Part shown: positions 9,427 through 19,200 of the stretch, piece after piece | Numbering within the stretch: the stretch's first letter is position 1 | How the letters are laid out: each line of letters opens with the position of its first letter | Origin: a bacterium | GTDB taxonomy: Bacteria; SAR324; XYD2-FULL-50-16; G965216635 | DNA: 64,000 bases | NCBI GenBank assembly: GCA_965216635.1 | Contig: OZ244188.1 | Span: 1,728,001-1,792,000, forward strand | Direction: 5' to 3' | Position numbers and translations under genes: made by a program | Notes under the pieces: model-generated | What the model was told of the DNA's origin: nothing | What the model saw: the letters and a program-made list of their open reading frames with translations, nothing else | The model's database searches: none

Positions 9427-9924
9427 ATGTTAGAAAACACAACTTTGAGTTTAAATAACTCTACAGGCAAGTCTTTTTCTCCAGTAGACAAGCAACAATT
9501 TGCAACAGAGAAGAAAATTGATAATGCTAGGTCTTTGGTAGAAAAATTAGATTTTATAGAGCAAAATTCAAAACTAATCTCTTATCACGGATGGAAGGCA
9601 GAGAAAGCAATTCTAATAGAAGGATTGTATAAAAAATGGTTAATTCTCCATAAAGTTTATGGTGATAGCATAACAATAGCTCCTAATGAAACTGTTGATG
9701 AATATTGGCACTTTCATATATTAGACACAAGAAAATACATAAGCGATTGTAATCTGATTTTTGGTTACTATTTACACCATTATCCTTATTTTGGTTTGAC
9801 GGAAACAGAAACTCAGGAGGATTTAAGTGAAGGGTTTGCTTTGACTCAAAAACTATTTAAAAAACACTTCGCTCATAATTTGACTGGACTAGCTAACCCT
9901 TGTAGATCTACTTCTTGCAGGTAG
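9427..9924 (+). CDS. DUF1399/'glycine-rich domain protein'-like protein with C-terminal CRSTSCR tail
   Basis: Family-typical P-x3-VDEYWHFHILDTRKY-x2-DC-x3-FG-x2-LHHYP motif; good RBS. Confidence 0.7.
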   Translation: MLENTTLSLNNSTGKSFSPVDKQQFATEKKIDNARSLVEKLDFIEQNSKLISYHGWKAEKAILIEGLYKKWLILHKVYGDSITIAPNETVDEYWHFHILDTRKYISDCNLIFGYYLHHYPYFGLTETETQEDLSEGFALTQKLFKKHFAHNLTGLANPCRSTSCR

Positions 9925-9927
9925 AAA

Positions 9928-10770
9928 GTGCCAGTCCTACAAGTCTCAAAAGAACTTAGTGGCAGTATAGCCACTAAGTCTCAAAAAATAAAATCATTGC
10001 CTCAAGGCAAGATAGATACTTTCCTAAAAAAAAATACAGATTTTCAAAATATAGTTGCTACTTCAAAAAAAATATTAGATTTAAGTTTTTTTGTGGTTAT
10101 TAAAAATATTGGTTTTAATAAAGAAAAAAAAATTTTTGAAGCCTTTGTTAAACTCTACGGCGAATTTTATGGGGCTGTTGAATATACCGATATAAAAATT
10201 GACCGTCTCTATACTGGCTGCAAATACGAGGCAATAGAGTTGCATAACGACGATGCAATTGATTTAAAAAACCAACCAAAAACTGGATTTATTCAAGCCA
10301 TAAGCGAAGATCCATTACAATCTACAAAAAATGGAGTAGTGAAAATTGACGATATTGTTCGTTATTTAGAAGTTTATGATGCAGACTTTTTAGATAGATT
10401 ATTTAAACATAAAATACCAATGTTATCTTACGGGGTCAATTACGATGGGGATAAAAAAAAAGAAATTATCACGCAACACCCGATTTTGTATAAGGAGAAC
10501 GATGAAAATAAAGTGAGATTTGATTTAACTAGAATTGAACACTACTACTGGAAAAAAAAAATCACTCAAACGGTAGAAGAAAAATTATTGATAGATAAAT
10601 TTTTAAATATTGCTAAAAAATTTAGAAAGGAGTTTTATCTAGCAGCAGGGGATATTTTGATTACCCATAATAAAAGAACTTTGCACGATAGAACAGAATG
10701 TAGTTTTGAATTAAATAGTGATGGTTCTTTTTCTACTAGAGAAATTTTTGTAAGTTTCACCCGAGAATAA
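9928..10770 (+). CDS. TauD/TfdA-like Fe(II)/2-oxoglutarate dioxygenase
   Basis: HxD (LHND) plus the distal GDILITHNKRTLHDRT (H...R) motif, and HPIL. Confidence 0.8.
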   Translation: MPVLQVSKELSGSIATKSQKIKSLPQGKIDTFLKKNTDFQNIVATSKKILDLSFFVVIKNIGFNKEKKIFEAFVKLYGEFYGAVEYTDIKIDRLYTGCKYEAIELHNDDAIDLKNQPKTGFIQAISEDPLQSTKNGVVKIDDIVRYLEVYDADFLDRLFKHKIPMLSYGVNYDGDKKKEIITQHPILYKENDENKVRFDLTRIEHYYWKKKITQTVEEKLLIDKFLNIAKKFRKEFYLAAGDILITHNKRTLHDRTECSFELNSDGSFSTREIFVSFTRE

Positions 10771-10788
10771 GCCTTACTCTTTTCCACA

Positions 10789-11475
10789 ATGAAGCAATTT
10801 CATATATCTCAAGCGCATGAGAAAGTTGGTCTGGATTCCAATCTTCCCTTTTGGATTTCTATGATCAAAGAATCTCAAAAAGTATTAAAGCCCGACACGA
10901 CAAAAAATGTATTAGATTTTGGTTGTGGAGATGGCAAATTTTTGCAGATTTTTGATTTGATGGATAATTTAAAAAATGGTTTGGGGGTAGAACTAGATGA
11001 AAACTTAATCCATAAAGCCAAGCAAAAAAACAAAAATCCATCTATAAAATACACTCTTTACACAAGCGATTTATTGCAAAACCAGCCTGATTATTTTGAC
11101 GCTGTCTATTCTCAAGAAGCGATCTATACCATTCAAGATTTAAAGAACCACGCCCAAATTATTTTTTCCGCCTTAAAGAAAGGAGGGTTTTATTTTTCTA
11201 CGATGGGTAGCCACATTGAAAACCCACTTTGGAGCAAACGTAGAAAAATAATTAGGGAAGAAGAAAAATATACCGCTTACGATTATTCCATAGAAGAAGT
11301 TGCAGAAATCTTTTATGCGGTTGGTTTTGAAGTGGGTATAAAAAGACTGCCAGTAGAGTATTTTTTGGTTTATCACCCTGAAATTACCAAAAACTTTTCC
11401 AATTCTTTGTTGGATTTAACCAACACTACCTATAAAAATAAAATGCTATTTAGCTTTTGGAAACCTTATGAATAA
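10789..11475 (+). CDS. Class I SAM-dependent methyltransferase
   Basis: VLDFGCGDG motif I, GVEL, FDAVYSQE and LKKGG. Confidence 0.88.
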   Translation: MKQFHISQAHEKVGLDSNLPFWISMIKESQKVLKPDTTKNVLDFGCGDGKFLQIFDLMDNLKNGLGVELDENLIHKAKQKNKNPSIKYTLYTSDLLQNQPDYFDAVYSQEAIYTIQDLKNHAQIIFSALKKGGFYFSTMGSHIENPLWSKRRKIIREEEKYTAYDYSIEEVAEIFYAVGFEVGIKRLPVEYFLVYHPEITKNFSNSLLDLTNTTYKNKMLFSFWKPYE

Positions 11476-13012
11476 TTGTTGCGAAAAAATAAAAAAATGT
11501 ATCTGTTCTATTCTAATAGGATCGGTGCTTATATTTTTTATAGGGCTGTTTTTTAAAATGTCAACTTTGTGTGAATATTGTCATGAAAATATTGGCATTG
11601 TTCTAGTCTTAATTGTTTTAATTGCATTTATCTTTTTGTTTTGCTGTAAAAAAAACTGGATGAATTTAATGGATATTTTAAAACCAGTTGAAAATTGGAT
11701 TGAAGAAAAGAAAATATGTATCTTTTGGGTTCTAATAATTTTAGGACTAATACTTTGGGGATTCTGCCCTGATGAATATTTTGCTATTGTCTCAATTGTT
11801 TCCATTGTAATTTTTTTGCTTGACCGTAAATTGTTTCTGCTATTTTTTATAGGAATTTTAACATTCATAAGTTTGTTATTGTTGGTACTTGGAGTATCAC
11901 TGGAATTAAAGGATTCGGGTACAAATTTTCTATTCATCCCAGATACAGTGTTTACTAAATTATGTAATATATATTATAGTAAAAAAGTTTATACCCTTAG
12001 GAATGTTGGTCTTGCATTTGGTGGTTTAATGACTTTATTTCTATACCAACTCAGAAATCAAATAGCTGAAAAACAGACACAAACGCAACATGAAACTTTT
12101 AATCAAGATAAGCAGTTTAGTAATTATTTAGAAGCCACAAAACTATTAACTGGTAAAAAATCAAATACTGAAGCTAAAATTGCAGCTATGTTTTCGTTAG
12201 CCGATGTAGCTAAAGATCATCCCGAAAATATAGGCAGAGTAATACAGGTTATTAACCAAGAAATAAGACTATCAATAAAGGATATTGGAAAACAAACTAT
12301 AAAAGAATGGAGGAATGGAAATAAAAAGAAAAAAATTAGCTCAACAGCACTGTATATTATTAGAAAAATAATATTAGATTTGGAAAGTAGCAATACAAAT
12401 GTAGATATTTCTAATACAATTATCTTTGATGTAGATACCGATTTTGATAAAAAAAAAATAAGTACTTTATTTAAAGTTGTAGGTAAAAAAAGACCTGTTG
12501 AGTATCTAGCATTTTATCATTGTAAGTTAAAAAAAATAAATATTATTAAAGAAGCAAAGTATCATTTTTGTAAATTTATACATTGTAATCTTGAAGAGGC
12601 TGATTTTAATGGTGCCAATTTATGGGGAACTTCTTTTATAGAATGCGATCTTAAAGGAGTTAAATTTAAAGATGCTCAATGTCACGGTAAAAAAGCTAAA
12701 TGCGAAGGCGTTGAATTTAAGGATTGTAAAAACTTAACTTTAAAGCAACTGGATCAAATGGAATTTGATAATCTTGAGGATGCTAAAAAATATAAATTAA
12801 AAAACATAAAAAACACTAAATTTTGTAGGAAAAAACTATATCCAAAAACGGAGTTAAAGTATTTAATAGTTATTGATGAAAAAACAATTGATGTAATTAA
12901 CAAGACAGTTGAGGATGAAAATAAAGAACTCAAAATAGAAAATTTTATAACTCGGGATGAGTACGACAAGTGGAAAAACAGCTCTAAAATAGATGACAGT
13001 GATAAAAGTTAA
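11468..13012 (+). CDS. Membrane protein with C-terminal pentapeptide repeats
   Basis: Several N-terminal hydrophobic helices, a QFSNYLEATKLL...AKIAAMFSL segment, and repeats CNLEE ADFNG ANLWG TSFIE CDLKG VKFKD. Confidence 0.75.
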   Translation: MNNCCEKIKKCICSILIGSVLIFFIGLFFKMSTLCEYCHENIGIVLVLIVLIAFIFLFCCKKNWMNLMDILKPVENWIEEKKICIFWVLIILGLILWGFCPDEYFAIVSIVSIVIFLLDRKLFLLFFIGILTFISLLLLVLGVSLELKDSGTNFLFIPDTVFTKLCNIYYSKKVYTLRNVGLAFGGLMTLFLYQLRNQIAEKQTQTQHETFNQDKQFSNYLEATKLLTGKKSNTEAKIAAMFSLADVAKDHPENIGRVIQVINQEIRLSIKDIGKQTIKEWRNGNKKKKISSTALYIIRKIILDLESSNTNVDISNTIIFDVDTDFDKKKISTLFKVVGKKRPVEYLAFYHCKLKKINIIKEAKYHFCKFIHCNLEEADFNGANLWGTSFIECDLKGVKFKDAQCHGKKAKCEGVEFKDCKNLTLKQLDQMEFDNLEDAKKYKLKNIKNTKFCRKKLYPKTELKYLIVIDEKTIDVINKTVEDENKELKIENFITRDEYDKWKNSSKIDDSDKS

Positions 13013-16000
13013 AGAGGCTTACGAAAATAACCTAAAACGCATCTCTTTAGAAATTCCAAAAAATAAAATCACTGCTATTACTGGAATTAGTGGTAGTGGT
13101 AAATCTTCTCTAATTTATAACGTTTTAGCACAAGAAGCCAAAAGGCGAGAGAAAATAGCCAGTGGTAATGCTAGCTGTTTAGATTATGCTCTGCGTCCTA
13201 AATTTGAAAAAATAGAAAACCTCCCCTACTGCGTCACCCTGAAGCAAAGAGGATTGAGTGAAAGTATAGCCTCTACTTTAGCGACTATCACAAAACTACA
13301 CGAGCTTTTAAGAGCGGAGTTGACTCAATATGGAGAAATAATTGGTGACAATGGTAATATTATTAAAGAGCCAACCACCGACGATATAAAACAATTTGTT
13401 CAATCCTATCACCCTAAAGCCTCCGTTGAAATTTTTGCTATTGTTTGTGATCAAAAACACACCAACGGCAAAAAAGAATTAGAGTTATTAAAACTCAATC
13501 GTATAAAAGAAGCTGTTTTTGTTTCATCTTACGACGACAAACAAAGATGGAAAAAAATCACTGCGCTCAAAGATCTCAATGAACGCTATGCCCATACTAT
13601 TTTGGTGTCTGTCAATAGCTTAAACGAACTGGAAAAATACCAAGGCTTAGCCCAAGAAAATTTTTACTTAAAACTTGGGAGTCTTGATTTAAAGTTGCAT
13701 ACAGATTTTTTAGATTCACAAACAGGAAAAATTTATCAAAAAAAATCTTCACAACTTTTAAGCTTTAATGCTGCAGAAAAAAGAAGTGGAAAATGTTCCA
13801 AATGTAACGGACGCGGAATCATAGAGGAATTAGATTTAGACAATTTAATCTTAAAAAATAAACCACTTGCAGAAAATTTTTTGAACTTGGCAAAGAACGA
13901 AGCAGGTGGCTATAAATATGTAATGCTTTACCAAGATACCATTGATCAAACTCTTAAAAAAGCTAAAATAGACAAGCAAAAAAAATTTTTTGATTTATCA
14001 CCCGACGAACAAAAGATTATTAAAAATTTTATTTTTCTAAAAATACAGCAACATCAAGGACAACCAAGCATTGGTAAATTTATAAAGTCCATTCCATGCA
14101 CAGAGTGTGATGGCACAAGACTAAACTATAAAGCAAACGCTGTGAAAATTCACGGGTTTAATATTAGCGAATTGTTAAGTAAAACAGTCAATGAATTGTA
14201 TCTCTTTTTTAGTGATAAAAAACTGCACCACAAAAAAATATTAGCTATTTTAGAATCACTAAAAAAAGCTACATTAGAATATCTAACACTAGATAGAACT
14301 ACAGATACTTTAAGTGGTGGAGAATTACAGCGACTAAAACTTTCATTAGAACTTAATAGTGAATATAAGGGATTATTATATATTTTAGACGAGCCTTCAG
14401 TAGGGCTACATCCATTTAACAATAATCAAATTATACATTTAATTAAAAATTTAAGAGACAAGGAAAATACTATTATTATTAGCGAACATAGCCCAGATTA
14501 TATAAAAAACAGTGATTATACGATTGAACTTGGCGCGGGGAGTGGAGATGCAGGTGGAGAGGTTATTTTTACAGGTAAAACAAAAAAATTGCAAGATACA
14601 TCTCACTTAAGAAATAAAATAGAGATTGATTTCAATAATGCACTTGAACTTATTTCTGTTAATGCAAATAATATTAAAAATGAAAATTTTATCATACCAC
14701 TTAACTGTTTGAGCGCTATTAGTGGTGTTAGTGGTAGCGGTAAATCATCATTAATACACAAGGCTTTAATTCCTAATATTAAACAATATATAGCAGATAA
14801 AAGTATTGATAGGTCGCTTATCAAAGAAATAAAAAATATTGAAAAAATCGCTGCAGTGGTAGAATTGACTCAATCGCAAATAGGTATAAATTCAAGATCT
14901 ATTGTAGCAACTTATCTAAATATTTTTGACAGAATAAGGGATATTTTTGCCTCCCTTGAAATCTCTAAAGAGTTTGGTTTTGATAAAGGTTATTTTAGTT
15001 TTAATTCAATAGATGGTGCCTGTGAAACCTGTAAAGGTTTAGGAGAACTAAACAATAATTTATGCCCAAGTTGTTTAGGGCTGCGTTATAAACCAGAAAT
15101 TTTAGACATAAAATATAATGATTTAAATATTATAGAAATTTTAGCAAGTCCTTTGAGTGAATTATCAAAAATATTTAATGATGAAAAATTAAAATTTGCC
15201 TTTGAAATATTACACAAATTGGGGTTAGCGCATATTTCGTTAGGTAGAACGACTCCAACACTAAGCGGCGGCGAAGCACAAAGGTTAAAATTAGCCGAAA
15301 CCTTGATTTCAGCGGCTAACAAAATTAAAAAGGGAAATTTTATATTTGTGCTTGATGAACCGACAACAGGACTAAGTAATAAAGATGCGACAAAACTTTA
15401 TTCCATTTTTGATGAAATTATTGCCTTTAATAATTCTATCATCATCATAGAGCATAACCTTGAAATCATTAAAAATAGTGATTTTATTATGGAGCTGGGG
15501 CTCGGTAGTGGCGATGCTGGTGGAAAACAAATTTTTGCAGGGAAATACGAAGATTTGCTAAAAAACCAAATATCTTTGACAGCAAAAGCGTTTAATGGAG
15601 AATATGAAAGCATTAAAACAAACAAACTCCAACAGCCAAATTTAAAATACAAAAATTATTCAACCCATTCTCTTCCAGACTGTAATCGGTTTTATTTAGA
15701 CGAAAAGCATTTTGAAATTGAAAAGTTTTTTTATGAAAATCATTGTGTGAAAACAGATAATGAAAAACATAAATATTTTAAAACAAAGAAAGAACTTTTT
15801 GCTTTTGTTGATTCTTTAGCGGAATACACCGTAACTTTTAATCCTTATGTGTCTGATTTATTTAAGTATAAAATAATTCCTATTTCTATAAAAAAAAACA
15901 AGCTGAAACATCTTAAAAAATTAGGATTCAATATAGATATAAATGATTACGCAGTAGATGAATGGCAATTTAGGGTGAAAGTTGAAAATATAGAAAAGGC

Positions 16001-16592
16001 GTATAATTTTGGTAATGGTTGGATTACAGTTGAAACTAAAAATAGTAAATATGAACTTTTTACAAGATTAGTTTCTATAAATGATAAGTTAATTGGCACT
16101 CCAAAAATCACAGAACATTCCTTCAATTTATATTTGAATAGCTGTAATGATTGTAATGGTAACGGAATAAGAGCTGCCTACAAGAAAACACTTATTATTA
16201 AAGATGAGAATAAATCTATCTTAAATGAAGGTTTTTTAAAATTTCCTCTAAAATTACAGCTTAAAAATGTTGTTACAAAATTTTTAAAAGAAGGTTTATT
16301 TGATTTTACTAAGCCCTTTAGTCAATTGGATGATGAAAAGAAAAATATATTTTTATTTGGATTTCAACATTATAAATTTTTAAAACCCAAAGGAAAAAAA
16401 ACAACTTTAAGTGATTATATAAAGTGGCAAGGCTTGTATTCGCTTATCTATGATAATTTAGATAGAATAGAAATAGAACCTGAAATAAGAGATTCTAAAC
16501 ATAACATTATCTGTCCTTTTTGCTTAAGTGGATTTAAAAAAGAGGTGAGTTTTTATATTGCAAATAAAAAAAGTATAATTGACTATTTATGA
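12993..16592 (+). CDS. UvrA-like double ABC ATPase with about 330-aa C-terminal extension
   Basis: AYENNLK; two Walker A motifs (GISGSGKSS, GVSGSGKSS); two signatures (LSGGELQR, LSGGEAQR); LDEP twice; CxxC zinc modules. Confidence 0.88.
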   Translation: MTVIKVKEAYENNLKRISLEIPKNKITAITGISGSGKSSLIYNVLAQEAKRREKIASGNASCLDYALRPKFEKIENLPYCVTLKQRGLSESIASTLATITKLHELLRAELTQYGEIIGDNGNIIKEPTTDDIKQFVQSYHPKASVEIFAIVCDQKHTNGKKELELLKLNRIKEAVFVSSYDDKQRWKKITALKDLNERYAHTILVSVNSLNELEKYQGLAQENFYLKLGSLDLKLHTDFLDSQTGKIYQKKSSQLLSFNAAEKRSGKCSKCNGRGIIEELDLDNLILKNKPLAENFLNLAKNEAGGYKYVMLYQDTIDQTLKKAKIDKQKKFFDLSPDEQKIIKNFIFLKIQQHQGQPSIGKFIKSIPCTECDGTRLNYKANAVKIHGFNISELLSKTVNELYLFFSDKKLHHKKILAILESLKKATLEYLTLDRTTDTLSGGELQRLKLSLELNSEYKGLLYILDEPSVGLHPFNNNQIIHLIKNLRDKENTIIISEHSPDYIKNSDYTIELGAGSGDAGGEVIFTGKTKKLQDTSHLRNKIEIDFNNALELISVNANNIKNENFIIPLNCLSAISGVSGSGKSSLIHKALIPNIKQYIADKSIDRSLIKEIKNIEKIAAVVELTQSQIGINSRSIVATYLNIFDRIRDIFASLEISKEFGFDKGYFSFNSIDGACETCKGLGELNNNLCPSCLGLRYKPEILDIKYNDLNIIEILASPLSELSKIFNDEKLKFAFEILHKLGLAHISLGRTTPTLSGGEAQRLKLAETLISAANKIKKGNFIFVLDEPTTGLSNKDATKLYSIFDEIIAFNNSIIIIEHNLEIIKNSDFIMELGLGSGDAGGKQIFAGKYEDLLKNQISLTAKAFNGEYESIKTNKLQQPNLKYKNYSTHSLPDCNRFYLDEKHFEIEKFFYENHCVKTDNEKHKYFKTKKELFAFVDSLAEYTVTFNPYVSDLFKYKIIPISIKKNKLKHLKKLGFNIDINDYAVDEWQFRVKVENIEKAYNFGNGWITVETKNSKYELFTRLVSINDKLIGTPKITEHSFNLYLNSCNDCNGNGIRAAYKKTLIIKDENKSILNEGFLKFPLKLQLKNVVTKFLKEGLFDFTKPFSQLDDEKKNIFLFGFQHYKFLKPKGKKTTLSDYIKWQGLYSLIYDNLDRIEIEPEIRDSKHNIICPFCLSGFKKEVSFYIANKKSIIDYL

Positions 16593-16663
16593 AAATAAAC
16601 AATAACATAAGTCTGCCAATAAAACTTTAAAATAGATTTTAATCGTTTTTAGATAGGTGTTGG

Positions 16664-17779
16664 TTATGGTTTCGTCAACCGAGAAATAATCTTTTGGTGC
16701 TGTGGGTATTTTTTGATAAGTTCCGCTTCAGTAGGCATCACAAAATCTGCAAACTCAAAACCCGGTGCAACTGTAGCTCCAATCAAACTATAGCTATCTT
16801 TATCTATCACTTCTGCTGCCATCCATGTATTGTGGGGAACTGTATACTGTATTTGTTCCCCCTGCTCTAAATTTCTGCCTAAACGGGCGGAGTGATAATT
16901 CCCTAATAAATCTATAAAATGCATCTGGAGAGTTGAGCCCTCGTAAAAATGCCAAAGCTCGTCTTGCCTAATTTTATGGAAACTAGAAAAATCTTGCTTG
17001 TTTAGTAAAAAATAGATACAGGTAGAAAAAGCTCTATCTCCAGAAAATCTCGCAGGCAACGAGGCTTGAGGTATTTTTTCTTTACTGCGATAGACTTCTT
17101 TAAAACAACCTCCCTCAGGGTGCTTTTCTAAAGCTAGCTTTTTTATAAAATAGGCTGCACCTTTTTCCAAAGTTTGTTTTTTTGCTCCATCCCGAGTTTT
17201 CCTATTTTGACTGCTTAGCAGACTAGACTTTCCATAGTTTTTTTCCAGTAAAACAAGAAAAGATTTTGCTCCTTCTTGCACAGTTCTGCTCCAGTCTTGG
17301 GCTGCTTCTTTGTTGGCGCGGTCGCTTACATACTTATAAGATTCAAAGGGCACATTCAAATCATCCGCTACTTTTTTAAGCGCATAGCCTTCCATATCTA
17401 CGAGGTCTATCTCAATTTCAAGTCCTTTGAGTTGCTCTTCGGCATTGGTTATAAAATTATCGCCTGTACCCAAAACTATACCTTTTTTTTCGGGCAAGCT
17501 TTCACCAGAAAAAGGAGTAACACCTCTCGGAAAATTCAGCGCTTGCACATCCATATCTCGCTGCACAAAAGTATCTATTTTCAATAAACCACTCACACCA
17601 CTAATACTGCCCGCTGTTCCGTAGTTAATAACAAGTTCGGGTTGGTATTCTTGAATTGCTTTGTAGAGCTTTATAGCTGCGTTTAATTTACCGACTCCTG
17701 TATGTATTAGCGGTGCAAATTTTTCTAAATTGAGTGTTTCTGCTTTGAGAGCGGCTACTATGATATAGGATTTTGCCAT
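16664..17779 (-). CDS. Fusion of a nucleosidase/phosphorylase (MTA/SAH nucleosidase-like) domain and a Cupin_5 (DUF985) domain
   Basis: N-half has TGVGKLNAA, INYGTAG, GTGDNF, VDMEG and KYVSD. C-half has HPEGG, IYFLL, FHKIRQDELWHFYEG and VAPGFEFADF. Confidence 0.85.
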   Translation of the reverse strand: MAKSYIIVAALKAETLNLEKFAPLIHTGVGKLNAAIKLYKAIQEYQPELVINYGTAGSISGVSGLLKIDTFVQRDMDVQALNFPRGVTPFSGESLPEKKGIVLGTGDNFITNAEEQLKGLEIEIDLVDMEGYALKKVADDLNVPFESYKYVSDRANKEAAQDWSRTVQEGAKSFLVLLEKNYGKSSLLSSQNRKTRDGAKKQTLEKGAAYFIKKLALEKHPEGGCFKEVYRSKEKIPQASLPARFSGDRAFSTCIYFLLNKQDFSSFHKIRQDELWHFYEGSTLQMHFIDLLGNYHSARLGRNLEQGEQIQYTVPHNTWMAAEVIDKDSYSLIGATVAPGFEFADFVMPTEAELIKKYPQHQKIISRLTKP

Positions 17780-17988
17780 AAATTAGTGAGAGAACTTTGA
17801 ATTATAGAGCTTTAAATTAGTTGTTTTTATCTTCATTTTATAGTATTTTTCTTTATTTGCAATATCAAATACTTGTAGGTATAATTTTTACCTTAATCGT
17901 CAAACAAGCGTCGTCAAAAGTTAAAAAAAAAATTTTCAACGCTGCATAGGCTAAACAGCCAAACAAACCAGCCAATCATCTTAATTCA

Positions 17989-19092
17989 ATGAAAACAAAA
18001 GTTTTACCAACAAAAGTTTTACCAATAAAAGTTTTAGTACTAGGAGGAGGAAAAAGCACAGAGCATCCTATATCACTGGTTTCTGCTTACAATATTTTTC
18101 ATAATATTCCTTTAGAATTTTATACACCTCTGCTAGTGACGATAGACAAGAAAGGCATTTGGAGACATTGTGAAAATTTGATTGTTGATGTGGAAGATAT
18201 TTCCAAAGTGCATATCAATCCAGAAGCAAAAGCCATTTCTATAGAAAATTTTATCCGTTCTCACGAAATAGAAGTAGTATTTTCCATTCTGCACGGTACT
18301 GGAGGAGAAGACGGCTGTATGCAAGGGTTTTTAGAAGTTTTTAACTTGGCTTATGTAGGCTCTGATGTTAGAACTTCTGCTATTTGTATGGATAAAATAG
18401 TCACCAAAATTATGCTAGAAAAAGCAGGTTTGAAAACTGCTCCCTACAGCCATTTTTTAGTCTCTGAAGAACTACCAACTTTTGCTCAACTCTGTAAAGA
18501 GTTAGATTCTCAAAATTTAATCGTTAAAGCTTCTTCTTTGGGCTCTTCTATTGGAGTTTATCTTTGTAAGGATGAAAGCTCTTTTAGAAAGGCTTGTGCA
18601 CAAATTCAAAGCGTCAATTCTAGAATTTTAGTAGAAAAGCAAATTCAAGGGAGAGAATTTGAGGTTGCTGTTTTAGGCAATCAAAAACTTGAGGTGCCAG
18701 TAATAGGCGAAGTAATGTTAAAAAATCACGATTTTTATTCTTACAAAGCAAAGTATTTAGACGAAAAAGGAGTAGAGCTAGTAGCTCCCGCGAACTTAGA
18801 CGAAAAATTAGTTTTAAAAATTCAAGAAACCAGCAAAAAAGCTTACAATGCACTTTATTGTAGCGGTATGGCAAGAGTAGATTCTTTTCTAGTAGGCGAG
18901 GAAATCTACCTCAACGAAATCAATAGCCTACCCGGTTTCACAAAAGTGTCTACCTACCCTAGATTATGGCGGGAGTCAGGTTTGGAATACTCTGCTTTGA
19001 TTGATAAACTGCTTCAGCTTGCATTGGAAAGAAAAGCTAGAGAGCTCAAAAATAAAGTAGATTTTGATAAGTTAGTAGAATCAATGCAGTAG
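17989..19092 (+). CDS. ddl: D-alanine--D-alanine ligase, copy 1
   Basis: GGKSTEH, LHGTGGEDG, GSSIG, YSYKAKY and NEINSLPGFT. Confidence 0.92.
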   Translation: MKTKVLPTKVLPIKVLVLGGGKSTEHPISLVSAYNIFHNIPLEFYTPLLVTIDKKGIWRHCENLIVDVEDISKVHINPEAKAISIENFIRSHEIEVVFSILHGTGGEDGCMQGFLEVFNLAYVGSDVRTSAICMDKIVTKIMLEKAGLKTAPYSHFLVSEELPTFAQLCKELDSQNLIVKASSLGSSIGVYLCKDESSFRKACAQIQSVNSRILVEKQIQGREFEVAVLGNQKLEVPVIGEVMLKNHDFYSYKAKYLDEKGVELVAPANLDEKLVLKIQETSKKAYNALYCSGMARVDSFLVGEEIYLNEINSLPGFTKVSTYPRLWRESGLEYSALIDKLLQLALERKARELKNKVDFDKLVESMQ

Positions 19093-19200
19093 TGAGACCT
19101 TTGAATTAGACTCGTAGTTTTTAGAAAGCCCACAAATCGCACAAACTACTTATTCAATGATCTCAAATTGTTTCTCCTCCCTCCCAATAATAAAAAAGTA

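Noticed and set aside
12993..16592. Assigning the symbol uvrA (housekeeping excision repair)
   Set aside because: First zinc-site cysteines are missing, there is a long extra C-terminal module, and the gene sits in an accessory operon.
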